Part shown: in pieces, positions 9,583 to 18,669 of the stretch | Numbering within the stretch: the stretch's first letter is position 1 | How the letters are laid out: every line of letters starts with the position of its first letter | Assembly: GCA_963677595.1 (NCBI GenBank) | Contig: OY782041.1 | Coordinates: 1,184,001 to 1,248,000 of the forward strand | Direction: 5' to 3' | DNA: 64,000 nt | Origin: Spirochaetia bacterium | GTDB lineage: Bacteria > Spirochaetota > Spirochaetia > CAKZLE01 | Notes under the pieces: model-generated | What the model was told of the DNA's origin: nothing | Databases searched by the model: none | What the model saw: only the letters and a program-made list of their open reading frames with translations | Program-made: the position numbers and the translations under genes

Positions 9583-10869
9583 ATGAAGAAGAAACAGTTC
9601 GGATTGAGCCAGAGCATCATCGACCGCGCACTCAGCTTGTCACGGTTCTCCAACCTCTTCAGTACCTTCGGGGGTATGGTGACGGAGTTCATCCTCCTGT
9701 ATGCGCTCTGCATCATGATCTTCCTGCTGATCCCCGATATACAGTATTCCTTCCTCACCATGAACATCCACCCGCTCCTGTTCGTCTCCTGCTTCATCGG
9801 GATCAGGCACGGGTTCCTGGCAGGACTGCTCTCGGCCCTCCTCTCCTCGATGACCTATTTCTTCTCCTACACGTTCCTGAACCTCGACCCCATCCTCTTC
9901 TTCAGGAGCTACGAGTTCTACAAGTTCCCCCTCATCTTCACGCTCGGGGGCTACCTCTCGGGAAGGATCCATGACTCCAACTCGCGGCAGATGCAGGAGA
10001 TGCGGGATGCCAATGCGGAAGTCCTGCAGGAGTACGATGAGCTGGAAAAGACCTACAAGCGAACGATCCAGATGTACAACGAGCTCAAGGAGCAGATCGT
10101 CGGCGCCGAGTACAGTATCTTCTCCCTCTATGATATCGCATCCTCCCTGCAGACCACCAACCCAGAGAAGGTCTATACCGAGGCGATCGGCCTCCTCTAT
10201 AAGTTCATCAAAGCCCGCGCCCTCTCGATCTACACGATCGAGAACGGGGACTTCATGCGCCTGAAGATCCGGTTCGGCGGCAAGGCACACAAGAACAGCC
10301 GGAAGAAGTATACCGATTCCACCATGTACGACCAGCTCTTCAAGACCAGGAAGGCTGTCAGGTGGGCCGCTGATGCAGGCGAGGATGCACCGATCTTCAG
10401 TGCTCCCATCGTGTCCCAGGAGGAGGTCATCGGCATCATCGATATCGAGGAGATCGAGTTCGAGTACGTGACCGAGTACAGCTTCAGCATCTTCCAGGTC
10501 ATCAGTGAATGGATCGCAAAGGCACTCTCCCAGGCCCTCGACATCGACAAGCAGTTCCAGCTCATGGGCATCGACTACTCGAACATGCTGCAGGTCCCGC
10601 AGTTCGAGCTCCAGCTGAAGGAAGAGCAGGTGAGAAAGGAGAAGTACGGGCTGCCGTTCTGCCAGACCACCTACGACCTCGGCTTCCTCGATTCGGATGA
10701 GATCATCCCGAAGCTGCAGCGGACGCTGCGCAACGTCGACTACCTCTGCTATGACCCGGAGCAGAACCTTGCACGGGTACTCCTGCCGGCTACCGATGAG
10801 GAGAACTACATCATCGTCGAGAAGAGGATCTTCTCTTCACTCGGCTTCAGACTGGATCGGGCCATATGA
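9583..10869 (+). CDS. pelD: PelD-like c-di-GMP receptor (TM helices + coiled coil + GAF + degenerate GGDEF)
   Basis: N-terminal TM helices (HPLLF..IGIRHG..GL), coiled coil, GAF-like segment, C-terminal LRNVD (RxxD I-site) then VLLPAT; pel context. Confidence 0.75.
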   Translation: MKKKQFGLSQSIIDRALSLSRFSNLFSTFGGMVTEFILLYALCIMIFLLIPDIQYSFLTMNIHPLLFVSCFIGIRHGFLAGLLSALLSSMTYFFSYTFLNLDPILFFRSYEFYKFPLIFTLGGYLSGRIHDSNSRQMQEMRDANAEVLQEYDELEKTYKRTIQMYNELKEQIVGAEYSIFSLYDIASSLQTTNPEKVYTEAIGLLYKFIKARALSIYTIENGDFMRLKIRFGGKAHKNSRKKYTDSTMYDQLFKTRKAVRWAADAGEDAPIFSAPIVSQEEVIGIIDIEEIEFEYVTEYSFSIFQVISEWIAKALSQALDIDKQFQLMGIDYSNMLQVPQFELQLKEEQVRKEKYGLPFCQTTYDLGFLDSDEIIPKLQRTLRNVDYLCYDPEQNLARVLLPATDEENYIIVEKRIFSSLGFRLDRAI

Positions 10870-12719
10870 AAAGAACCACCCTCAGGTACCTGCTGGTCAT
10901 CATCATAGTCATCATCACGGCGATCATCCTCCAGTACCTGAAGGTGATCAACTTCATACCACGGGCCTTCTGGATAAGCACGATCACCCGCCAGGAGATG
11001 ACCGAGCGGCAGACCCGGTTCATCAGTTCTGACACGGTGCCGGATAAGTATGACGGGGTGTTCATCATCTATGAGGGGTCAAGGACCCATGAACGAAACA
11101 GCTACTACCACCTGGCCCAGACCTTCAGGAACGCCCATATCCACCATGAGGATTATGATGTGCTGACCGATGATATCGGGGAGATGCTGGAGGATATCCC
11201 TTTGGGGAGCCACATCATCCTGGCGAATGAGATCTCAGAGCAGCTATCAGATGAGGAGATAGCCCTGCTTGAGCAGCTGGTATATGAAGGTGCTCAACTG
11301 AGCATCGTCGTCCGTTCCTTCGATGCCAGGCTCGGGAAGGTCGCGGGGTTCTCCGGCATAACCAGGTACATCGAGACCACAGGGATCAACTTCGAGGAAC
11401 CCATCTTCCCAGGACTCGATGAGACAGTGACCAACCCGAAAGCCTTCCACTCCTCCTCCCTCGAGCTGTCCCTGTCAGAAGGGACTGAGGTCCTGCTCAC
11501 TTCGGATGATGAGACCCCGCTGGCATGGAAACACCCCTACGGCAGCGGTTCCGTGTTCTATGCGAACACGACCATCTTCCAGGACAAGAAGAACCGGGGG
11601 CTGCTGCTGCAGTACCTCCTTGATAATGCAGACTACGGCTTGGCCACGGTATTCAATAAGAAGATCATGAATATCGACGACTTCCCGGCCCCGCTGCCGG
11701 CGGGGAGGGATGCCGATATCTACGCAGAGTACCATCGTGACATCATCAAGTTCTACAAGGACATCTGGTGGCCCGATATGAGGGACCTCGCGGCAAAGTA
11801 TGACCTGGCTTATACCGGGCTGATCATCGGGACCTATAACGATGATACGACACCGCCGTTCAAGGAACTGACTGAAGGGGACCTGGAGAATATCGAGTTC
11901 TTTGCCAGGAAGCTTGATGAGATCGACGGCGAACTGGGGATCCACGGATACAACCACAACTCGCTCATAACGGAAGGCCTCATAGACTTCGAGGATTACA
12001 GTTATAACCCCTGGGCTTCCAAAGAGGACATGGCCGAGGCACTCACCTACCTCAGGTCCGAGATCGAGGCCCTCGTCGGGGAGATAGAATTCAGGACCTA
12101 TGTTCCCCCATCCAACCTGGCGAACAGGCTGTCGGAGGAGGCTGTCCTGGCTGCCTTCCCTGAACTCAAGGTCTTCGGGGGACTCTATACCGGTTCGCAG
12201 AACGAGAAGGAGACCCTGATCCAGGAATTCGGGCCGAACCCCTATTTTGATGGTGTATATGACTTCCCGCGGTTCAGTTCCGGCTACCTGAATGAGAATG
12301 AGATGTGGTCTATCTACAGCGCGATCGCTGAGCTCGGCGTATTCAACCACTTCATCCACCCTGACGACCTGCTTGACCCAGAACGGTCTTTGAACAATTC
12401 ATGGGAGGTCCTATTCAAGAGTCTCAGCGAGACCTTCGCGGAATTGACCGATCGCTTCCCATACCTCGAATCCGTGACTGATTATGAGGCATACCTCGAC
12501 TACCTGAATTATGAGAAGATGGACATCTTCAGCAGAAAAGAGGGTTCCACCATCGATATATGGGTCGAGGATGCACCACTCCCAACCTATGCCTACCTGA
12601 GAGTCGATGCCCCGATCGTCGATACGGACGGGATCACGCTCCATTCGCTTGACCGGGACGGTCTCTACCTCATCGAGATCCGGAAACCGGAATCCTCTGT
12701 GACACTCTTCTCCAAATAG
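10866..12719 (+). CDS. pelA: DUF2194 / PelA(DA)-type polysaccharide deacetylase
   Basis: N-terminal anchor, NIDDFPAP, IWWPDM, ELGIHGYNH, YVPPSN, PRFSSG, HFIHPDD; ATGA overlap with pelD. Confidence 0.82.
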   Translation: MKRTTLRYLLVIIIVIITAIILQYLKVINFIPRAFWISTITRQEMTERQTRFISSDTVPDKYDGVFIIYEGSRTHERNSYYHLAQTFRNAHIHHEDYDVLTDDIGEMLEDIPLGSHIILANEISEQLSDEEIALLEQLVYEGAQLSIVVRSFDARLGKVAGFSGITRYIETTGINFEEPIFPGLDETVTNPKAFHSSSLELSLSEGTEVLLTSDDETPLAWKHPYGSGSVFYANTTIFQDKKNRGLLLQYLLDNADYGLATVFNKKIMNIDDFPAPLPAGRDADIYAEYHRDIIKFYKDIWWPDMRDLAAKYDLAYTGLIIGTYNDDTTPPFKELTEGDLENIEFFARKLDEIDGELGIHGYNHNSLITEGLIDFEDYSYNPWASKEDMAEALTYLRSEIEALVGEIEFRTYVPPSNLANRLSEEAVLAAFPELKVFGGLYTGSQNEKETLIQEFGPNPYFDGVYDFPRFSSGYLNENEMWSIYSAIAELGVFNHFIHPDDLLDPERSLNNSWEVLFKSLSETFAELTDRFPYLESVTDYEAYLDYLNYEKMDIFSRKEGSTIDIWVEDAPLPTYAYLRVDAPIVDTDGITLHSLDRDGLYLIEIRKPESSVTLFSK

Positions 12720-12735
12720 GGACGGATGGTGCGCA

Positions 12736-15348
12736 TCAGGTATTGCGTTCATCCTCCTTCTTGAGATAGTTCGATATCATATCCTGCAGGGAGACATGTT
12801 CATCATGTTCTTCGTCCTCTTCCTCTTCCTCTGCATCCAGCACGATTCCGGTGAAGGTCCTGATGAACTGGTCATCCGACTCCTCCGCTTCGGGCTCCTC
12901 ACTGATGAGTTCGGAGGGTATATCTCTAAGCTCATCCCCGTATTCAGCCAGGAGGGACCCGAGCATTGGCATATCTTCCTCCTCAGCCTCGAGGAGCTCG
13001 AGCGGCGTAGGTGCGGTCTCTTCCTGCTCAGTCCCCTCAGGAGCGGGTTCAGCAGCGGACTCCTTGCCCTTGAGGATGTCTTCCAGGACATCATGCAGTT
13101 CGGAGACGGTCTCCTCCCTTGAGACAGGCTCCTCGGTGAGCAGGTGATCGAGGATGTCGCCGATCTGGTCCGGTTCCTCCTCGGCAGGCTCTGTCACCTC
13201 AGGAGCGGGTTCAGCAGCGGCCTCCTTGCCCTTGAGGATGTCTTCCAGGACATCATGCAGTTCGGAGACGGTCTCCTCCCTTGAGACAGGCTCCTCGGTG
13301 AGCAGGTGGTCGAGGATCTCCCCGATCTGGTCCGGTTCCTCTTCGGCAGGCTCTTTCACCTCAGGAGCGGGTTCAGCAGGGGTCTCCTTGCCCTTGAGGA
13401 TCTCTTCCAGGACATCATGCAGTTCGGAGACGTTCTCCTCCCTTGAGACAGACTCCTCGGCGAGCAGGTGGTCGAGGATCTCTCTGAGATGGTCCGGCTT
13501 CTCTTCGGCGGGCTCCTCGAGGATCTCGGTGAGCGTCTCCTTCAGGTGCTCTTCAGTCTCCTGGCGCTTCCTCTTCCTGACCCGGTGCCGTTTCTCCTCC
13601 TTCTCAAGGATCTCCAGCGGTGTGACGATCTCCTCGTCCGCAGGGACCGGCTCCTTCATCTCAGGCTCTGCAGGAGCTTCCGTCTCCGTCTCAGCTTCAG
13701 GGGCTTCCTTGATCAGCCCTGCATCAGCTCCCCCGAAGAGGTTAGCCAGCAGCTGTGCGTCCTTCTCCGATTCCAGCTGGGTACGGTCCTGTACCCCGAA
13801 CAGCTCCTCTTCGGCGTCGGGCAGATTCTCACCACGCTCGATCGCGTCCTTCCGCTTCTTCTCAAGCAGGAGCCGGTCCAGGGCATCCTGGTCCGTCATC
13901 CGTTTGTCGATCCACTCCTCCAGCTTCTCGAAGGTCTTGCTCTTGGTCTTGGTATGCACCGGCTGGGTCCGGTAGGTGTGGCTGATCACATCACGATACC
14001 CCATGATCATCAGGTAGAGCCCGAAGAGCATGGTCACGAAACTTGCCAGGAAGAACCCGAACCCGTAGAAGTTCTCCCCCCAGGAGAGGGAGAGGAGCGT
14101 GAATATGACGTTCGTGACCAGGAAGACCACCATGAGCAGGAGGGTCTTGTTACGTTCACCGATGTAGAGGAGGACCTGCATGAAGATGAGGATGAAGGAG
14201 TTGCAGAAGGCTCCCAGGGCATAGATCATGAAGATCTGCCGGGAGCTCTCCGGAACGTTGAGCAGCGGGAAGAGCGAGCGGGAAAGGACGATGATGATGA
14301 TCGTGATGAACAGCTGGATCTCGAAGGTCTGCAGGATGTTCTTGTTCAGGGAGCTCCACATCCGCTCAGCGAAGACCTTCAGCTCAGAGAAGGGGCCATT
14401 CCTCAGGACCGCCAGGAAGAACTCCCGGCACTTCACCGAGAAGTCGGTCTCGATGAGCACCATGAAGAGCATGGTCGAGGGAAGGATCGAAAGATAGGAG
14501 TAGAAGGTGGCGATGTCATAGAAGGGGGCATACCGGAAGGTCCCGAAGAGCTCGATACTGATCGGGGAGAACCACATGATGATGTTATCGATCCAGATTG
14601 CCATGGTATAGATGACGCCGATCGGCCAGAGACTCGGCTCGCTGTGGAAGTAGCGGATGAAATGGAGGACCTTCCCGTTATCCTCCTTCATCTCTGAGAG
14701 CAGCGCGATCAGGAGGAACATCGTGAAGAACACGATCCCCCCGAGGTAGGCCAGCAGGAGGTTCGTCGACCCGCTGAACTCGGAGAACTGCATCGGGTTG
14801 TTCGCGAGGATGAGGATGAGGATGAAGGTGACGAAGGTCCCGAGGATGTTGGACATCGTGACCAGCTTGAAGTTCTTCAGGGTCGACTGGTAGACGATGA
14901 GCATCCAGAGGACTGAGAGTACCACCATCAGGGCGACCGAGAGGTAGAGGAACTCTATCGGGATCTCACTGTTCCGGTAGAACCAGATCCCGAAGGTAAG
15001 CGCGATCAGCGAGACCAGGGCAGAGGAACCCCAGAAGGAAGGTTTTATGTACTCATACTCCTCCTTGTAGATCCTGTCCGCAAGGAACCGGGTGATGACC
15101 ATCTGGAACGGTGCGGTCAGGATCTGCGAGAAGAGGGTGCTGTAGATGATCGCCGAGATGAGCAGTTCCCGTTCGACGAAGGGGAGGTTCCACCTCCTGG
15201 AGAAGGCGAGGATCAGGTTGATGGTGACGATACTGATGATCCAGGGGCCTGCCGAGACGATGGCTGTATGGAACCAGGCATGTACCCGTGTCGAGTAGGC
15301 ATCATCACTCTTGATCATCTTCCTCAGGGAGAAGCCTATACCTGCCAT
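12736..15348 (-). CDS. pelG: Pel exopolysaccharide transporter PelG with long acidic repeat-containing C-terminal extension
   Basis: MAGIGFSLRK start, AGPW, TRFLADRIY, WIDNIIMW, YDIATFYSYLSILP, ETDF, YGFGF; core ends near YRTQP (~13960), then ~400 aa Glu-rich tail. Confidence 0.9.
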   Translation of the reverse strand: MAGIGFSLRKMIKSDDAYSTRVHAWFHTAIVSAGPWIISIVTINLILAFSRRWNLPFVERELLISAIIYSTLFSQILTAPFQMVITRFLADRIYKEEYEYIKPSFWGSSALVSLIALTFGIWFYRNSEIPIEFLYLSVALMVVLSVLWMLIVYQSTLKNFKLVTMSNILGTFVTFILILILANNPMQFSEFSGSTNLLLAYLGGIVFFTMFLLIALLSEMKEDNGKVLHFIRYFHSEPSLWPIGVIYTMAIWIDNIIMWFSPISIELFGTFRYAPFYDIATFYSYLSILPSTMLFMVLIETDFSVKCREFFLAVLRNGPFSELKVFAERMWSSLNKNILQTFEIQLFITIIIIVLSRSLFPLLNVPESSRQIFMIYALGAFCNSFILIFMQVLLYIGERNKTLLLMVVFLVTNVIFTLLSLSWGENFYGFGFFLASFVTMLFGLYLMIMGYRDVISHTYRTQPVHTKTKSKTFEKLEEWIDKRMTDQDALDRLLLEKKRKDAIERGENLPDAEEELFGVQDRTQLESEKDAQLLANLFGGADAGLIKEAPEAETETEAPAEPEMKEPVPADEEIVTPLEILEKEEKRHRVRKRKRQETEEHLKETLTEILEEPAEEKPDHLREILDHLLAEESVSREENVSELHDVLEEILKGKETPAEPAPEVKEPAEEEPDQIGEILDHLLTEEPVSREETVSELHDVLEDILKGKEAAAEPAPEVTEPAEEEPDQIGDILDHLLTEEPVSREETVSELHDVLEDILKGKESAAEPAPEGTEQEETAPTPLELLEAEEEDMPMLGSLLAEYGDELRDIPSELISEEPEAEESDDQFIRTFTGIVLDAEEEEEDEEHDEHVSLQDMISNYLKKEDERNT
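13012..13497 (-). repeat. Three in-frame tandem 162-bp (54-aa) repeats inside the pelG tail
   Basis: tcttccaggacatcatgcagttcggagacg recurs at 13079, 13241 and 13403; unit PDQIGEILDHLLTEEPVSREETVSELHDVLEDILKGKEAAAEPAPEVTEPAEEE. Confidence 0.95.
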
Positions 15349-15349
15349 G

Positions 15350-16921
15350 TCAGTTCAGCTCCTCTACATGCAGGCCGATCTGCACATCCTTGCCCTGGGA
15401 ACTCTGGAGGGAGATCCGGTAGATCTCATCATAGGCCTCGAAGACTGCCTGCCTGCTGTAGATGACCCTGGTGCGTTCGAGGCCGTTGAGTCCGTACTGC
15501 TTCCCCATCTCCCGGTCCTCATAGAGCTGGATGATCGCATCTGCCGTCTCTCTCGGGGAGACCGGCTTGGTGATGATGCCCCCGTGGCCGAACCCGTCAC
15601 CGACCCCCTCGACCAGGTCCCGGCAGGAGCCGACATCGGAGGAGACCACCGGGGTCGCACAGGCATACGACTCGAGGATGACCAGCGGCTGGGCCTCGGA
15701 GATCGAGGTCAGGACGATGACGTCAAGGATCGGCATGTACTCCTTGATGTTCACCCGCCCCGTGAAGATGATCTGCTCCTCGAGTCCCAGTTCCTTGACC
15801 AGGTCCCGGCACTCCCTCGCATACTCCTCCTCCTCATCATCCGGCCCGATGACATAGAGCAGCGTATCCTGGTACTTGGCATAGACGTAACTGAAAGCCT
15901 TGATCAGCGTCTTCACATCCTTGATGGGGACCACCCGGAGGATCGCCCCGATGTTATAGGTCTCATGCGGGTCCTTATGTCTCGGGAACCCCTCGATATC
16001 GACACCGTTGGGGATGACATAGGCCCGTTCCGGGTCGACACCGAGTTCCTGCTGTATCCCGCTGTTGTGGGCGAAGAGGGCTATCGCTATATCGCAGGTC
16101 TGGTAGGCCCCCCGGGAGAGAAAATAGAAGTAATCGATCCAGAGCTTCTTGTAGGGACCCTTTACCCAGTCGACCTTGAGTATTTCCTCCTCACGTTCCC
16201 GCGCATAGATACCGTGCTCGGTGAGGACGAACGGTTTGCCGTAGGTGAACTTCCCGATCAGCCCGATCAGCCCGGCATACCCCGTGGAGATCGCATGGTA
16301 AACATCGGCATCAGGCAGCGGCTGCTGCATGATGGAGATCAGGGTAGCCAACATGGAACGGAAGGTCCAGAAGAAGAGGTTGAATCCCTCATCCGGGTAA
16401 TTGGCCTCATAGAGCTCGACCAGGCTGTCAAAGAAGTGCCTGCTCATGAGGTAGTCGATCGTATTGCCGATCTTCGCCGGATCGCAGACCAGACGGGTGA
16501 TCAGCTCCCAGTCGATGGTGGAATCGAAGAAGGTGAACTTGCGCAGCTGCTCCTTCTCCTCCCGGGACAGGCGCATCCCGCGCTTCATCGTCTGGTCGAG
16601 GTTCAGGAAATCATACATGTAGATCGTCCTGAACTCGATGACATTCTCGGGGAAGGTATACTTCAGCTCCTTGACCTGGTCTTCGGAAGCCATGATGGTG
16701 AGTATCTTGAACCGGTAGTCCTTCATGATGTTCAGCAGCTGGTTCACCCAGGAGGAGACCCCCCCTGCGATATAGGGGTAGGCGCCTTCCAGGATCAGAC
16801 AGATAGTCTTCCCGTCCGGCTCGAGGGACGCACCATGGCGGCCCCAGTCCCGGGGACGCCGGCTGTCGAGTTCACCCCTAAAGAGTTTGACCTGCTGCTT
16901 CTTCGCTCGTCTCAGTTTCAT
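15350..16921 (-). CDS. pelF: GT4 glycosyltransferase PelF
   Basis: ICLILEGAYPYIAGGVSSW, HAISTGYAGL, LTEHGIYAREREEEI, RVVPIKDVKTLI, LTSISEAQPLVILE; exact start uncertain. Confidence 0.93.
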   Translation of the reverse strand: MKLRRAKKQQVKLFRGELDSRRPRDWGRHGASLEPDGKTICLILEGAYPYIAGGVSSWVNQLLNIMKDYRFKILTIMASEDQVKELKYTFPENVIEFRTIYMYDFLNLDQTMKRGMRLSREEKEQLRKFTFFDSTIDWELITRLVCDPAKIGNTIDYLMSRHFFDSLVELYEANYPDEGFNLFFWTFRSMLATLISIMQQPLPDADVYHAISTGYAGLIGLIGKFTYGKPFVLTEHGIYAREREEEILKVDWVKGPYKKLWIDYFYFLSRGAYQTCDIAIALFAHNSGIQQELGVDPERAYVIPNGVDIEGFPRHKDPHETYNIGAILRVVPIKDVKTLIKAFSYVYAKYQDTLLYVIGPDDEEEEYARECRDLVKELGLEEQIIFTGRVNIKEYMPILDVIVLTSISEAQPLVILESYACATPVVSSDVGSCRDLVEGVGDGFGHGGIITKPVSPRETADAIIQLYEDREMGKQYGLNGLERTRVIYSRQAVFEAYDEIYRISLQSSQGKDVQIGLHVEELN

Positions 16922-17966
16922 CCTGTATCCAAAATGCCAGGCGTTCAGACTGCTCCTTCGTGAGTTTGCTGCCCATCCTGCTTATGATCCTCGCCAGGTT
17001 CTTGACCTGGGGAAGATCACCCTGCTTGTAGAAACAGCTCATCAGCGTGAACTGTATGCCAACGTCCTCTGGATTGTTCTTCGCGACCTCCTTGAGGAGC
17101 TCACAGGTCTCATCCGCCCTTCCCTGCTCCATATAACTGTAGGCCAGGTGCTTCACGATCGAGAGATCGGAACCGAAGGTCTGCACCTGCAGCTCAAGGA
17201 TTTCGATGACCTTCTTTCGGTAGATCGGGATGATGTCATCATCGAGCAGCCCGGAATCGACATAGTTCTCATAGAGGGTGATCAGGTTCTCGAGGTTCTC
17301 CTTCGTCAGGTCCTCGGCAGCCTTGTCCCTGCCGTCCCTGATAGCCTGCTCGAACCGATTCTCCAGGTAGTTCAGGGTCGTCGCCGTATAATGGACGACC
17401 TCCGGGTCCTCATCCTCCAGCCCCTGCTTGAGTGTCCTGCAGTTCTGCACGACATCGGCGGAGAGCAGGTCTACGATCACTCCCTTCTTGTTGATCGCAT
17501 CGGAATAGGTGAAGACCCCGGACATATCCATGAGCTTCGCCACCTGTGCGAAATCGACGGTCTCCTTCTGCTCGTACTTCATCTCGGCCTCTTCGGCATA
17601 TGCGTGCTTGAACTCCTGCTGGACGAGCTTCATGCCGACGAAATAGAGGACGATATAAGAGATGCTGTAGATCAGCCCCCCCATTCCGGGGATGACGAGG
17701 AAGAGGACGGGGGAGATGTTCCGCGTCTGCGGGGAGGAGCGCTTGCGGATGACCAGGATCCCGCCGAAGAGGGCGGCATGGACCAGGAGCAGCACGGCGA
17801 TGCTTGAGTCGACCTGCTGCACGAAGGTGAAGTAGTAGTAGAAGATGATGAGCATGAGGTCGACGAGCCCGATGCATACGATGATCAGGGGATAGATCCA
17901 GGGGTTGCTCGTATAGGTGAAGTAGAGTTTCTGTATCTCATCCCGGTTCATCGCAGTGTCGGCCAT
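16878..17966 (-). CDS. pelE: PelE-like membrane protein with HEAT/TPR repeats
   Basis: N-terminal TM helices, GLEDEDPEVVHYTATTL, YVDSGLLD, C-terminal TPR-like helices; first gene of pelE-F-G. Confidence 0.72.
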   Translation of the reverse strand: MADTAMNRDEIQKLYFTYTSNPWIYPLIIVCIGLVDLMLIIFYYYFTFVQQVDSSIAVLLLVHAALFGGILVIRKRSSPQTRNISPVLFLVIPGMGGLIYSISYIVLYFVGMKLVQQEFKHAYAEEAEMKYEQKETVDFAQVAKLMDMSGVFTYSDAINKKGVIVDLLSADVVQNCRTLKQGLEDEDPEVVHYTATTLNYLENRFEQAIRDGRDKAAEDLTKENLENLITLYENYVDSGLLDDDIIPIYRKKVIEILELQVQTFGSDLSIVKHLAYSYMEQGRADETCELLKEVAKNNPEDVGIQFTLMSCFYKQGDLPQVKNLARIISRMGSKLTKEQSERLAFWIQDETETSEEAAGQTL

Positions 17967-18002
17967 ACGTACCCCTCTGTGTATTCATCTCCCGTTGTAA
18001 TG

Positions 18003-18031
18003 ACTATACCATACAACACTACGGTGAGCAA
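18003..18031 (-). promoter_or_regulatory. sigma70-type promoter of pelE-F-G
   Basis: Minus strand TTGCTC-N17-TATAGT with extended TG. Confidence 0.45.
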
Positions 18032-18077
18032 TCAATTGACTCTTTTCATCTTCCCCGGAATGGGGTAGAATCCCTCC

Positions 18078-18581
18078 ATGGACTACTCGATACGGTATGC
18101 TGAGATCAGGGATGCAGAAGCCCTCAGGGATCTCTATAACCACTATATACGGACCTCTATCGCCACCTTCGACCTGAAGGAGAAGACGACAGAGGAACGC
18201 GTCTCGTGGATCATTGACCATGACCCGTCCAGCCGCCACAAGCTCATCGTAGGCGAGGAGGCAGGGACCGGGGCGATCGTCGGGTTCAGCGCCAGCAGCT
18301 CCTTCAGGCCGAAGGCAGCCTATGACACATCGGTCGAGACCAGCATCTATGTACACCCTGAGTACTACGGGCACAAGATCGGCTTCACCCTCTACTCACG
18401 GCTCTTCGAGCTCCTCGCGCAAGAGGATGTGCATCGGGCATATGCCTGCCTCGCAGTCCCCAACGAACCCTCCCTGAAGCTCCACAAGCGGCTCGGGTTC
18501 ATCGAGGTCGGGTACTTCACCGAGTCAGGCTATAAGCTCGGGGCCTTTCGCGATATCCAGTGGCTTGAGAAACGTCTTTGA
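18078..18581 (+). CDS. GNAT N-acetyltransferase (phosphinothricin acetyltransferase/YncA-like)
   Basis: YNHYIRTSIATFD, FRPKAAYDTSVETSIYV, PNEPSLKLHKRLGF, GYKLG. Confidence 0.92.
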   Translation: MDYSIRYAEIRDAEALRDLYNHYIRTSIATFDLKEKTTEERVSWIIDHDPSSRHKLIVGEEAGTGAIVGFSASSSFRPKAAYDTSVETSIYVHPEYYGHKIGFTLYSRLFELLAQEDVHRAYACLAVPNEPSLKLHKRLGFIEVGYFTESGYKLGAFRDIQWLEKRL

Positions 18582-18669
18582 CTTTTTCTTGACATAACCG
18601 CCCCTGTTACGTAGTCTGTAAAACATAGTATACATACGGCTTTCACACATGAGGGGAAAGGGTACACAT

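Noticed and set aside
10866-12719. Slightly more AT-rich codons in pelA as proof of recent transfer
   Set aside because: Impression by eye only; pelF/pelG look host-like and no mobility genes or flanking repeats are visible
13012-13497. Direct repeats as a CRISPR array or IS ends
   Set aside because: 162-bp in-frame coding units with no spacers; no cas or transposase genes
15311-16963. 550-aa + strand ORF and other long antisense ORFs (979-1956, 2014-2967, 13468-14697, 25112-26161, 56545-57669)
   Set aside because: They mirror well-supported genes on the opposite strand and show no motifs; expected shadows of strong GC3 codon bias
18078-18581. GNAT as a Pel-modifying enzyme or toxin
   Set aside because: Typical Pat/YncA small-molecule acetyltransferase with its own promoter and no antitoxin partner
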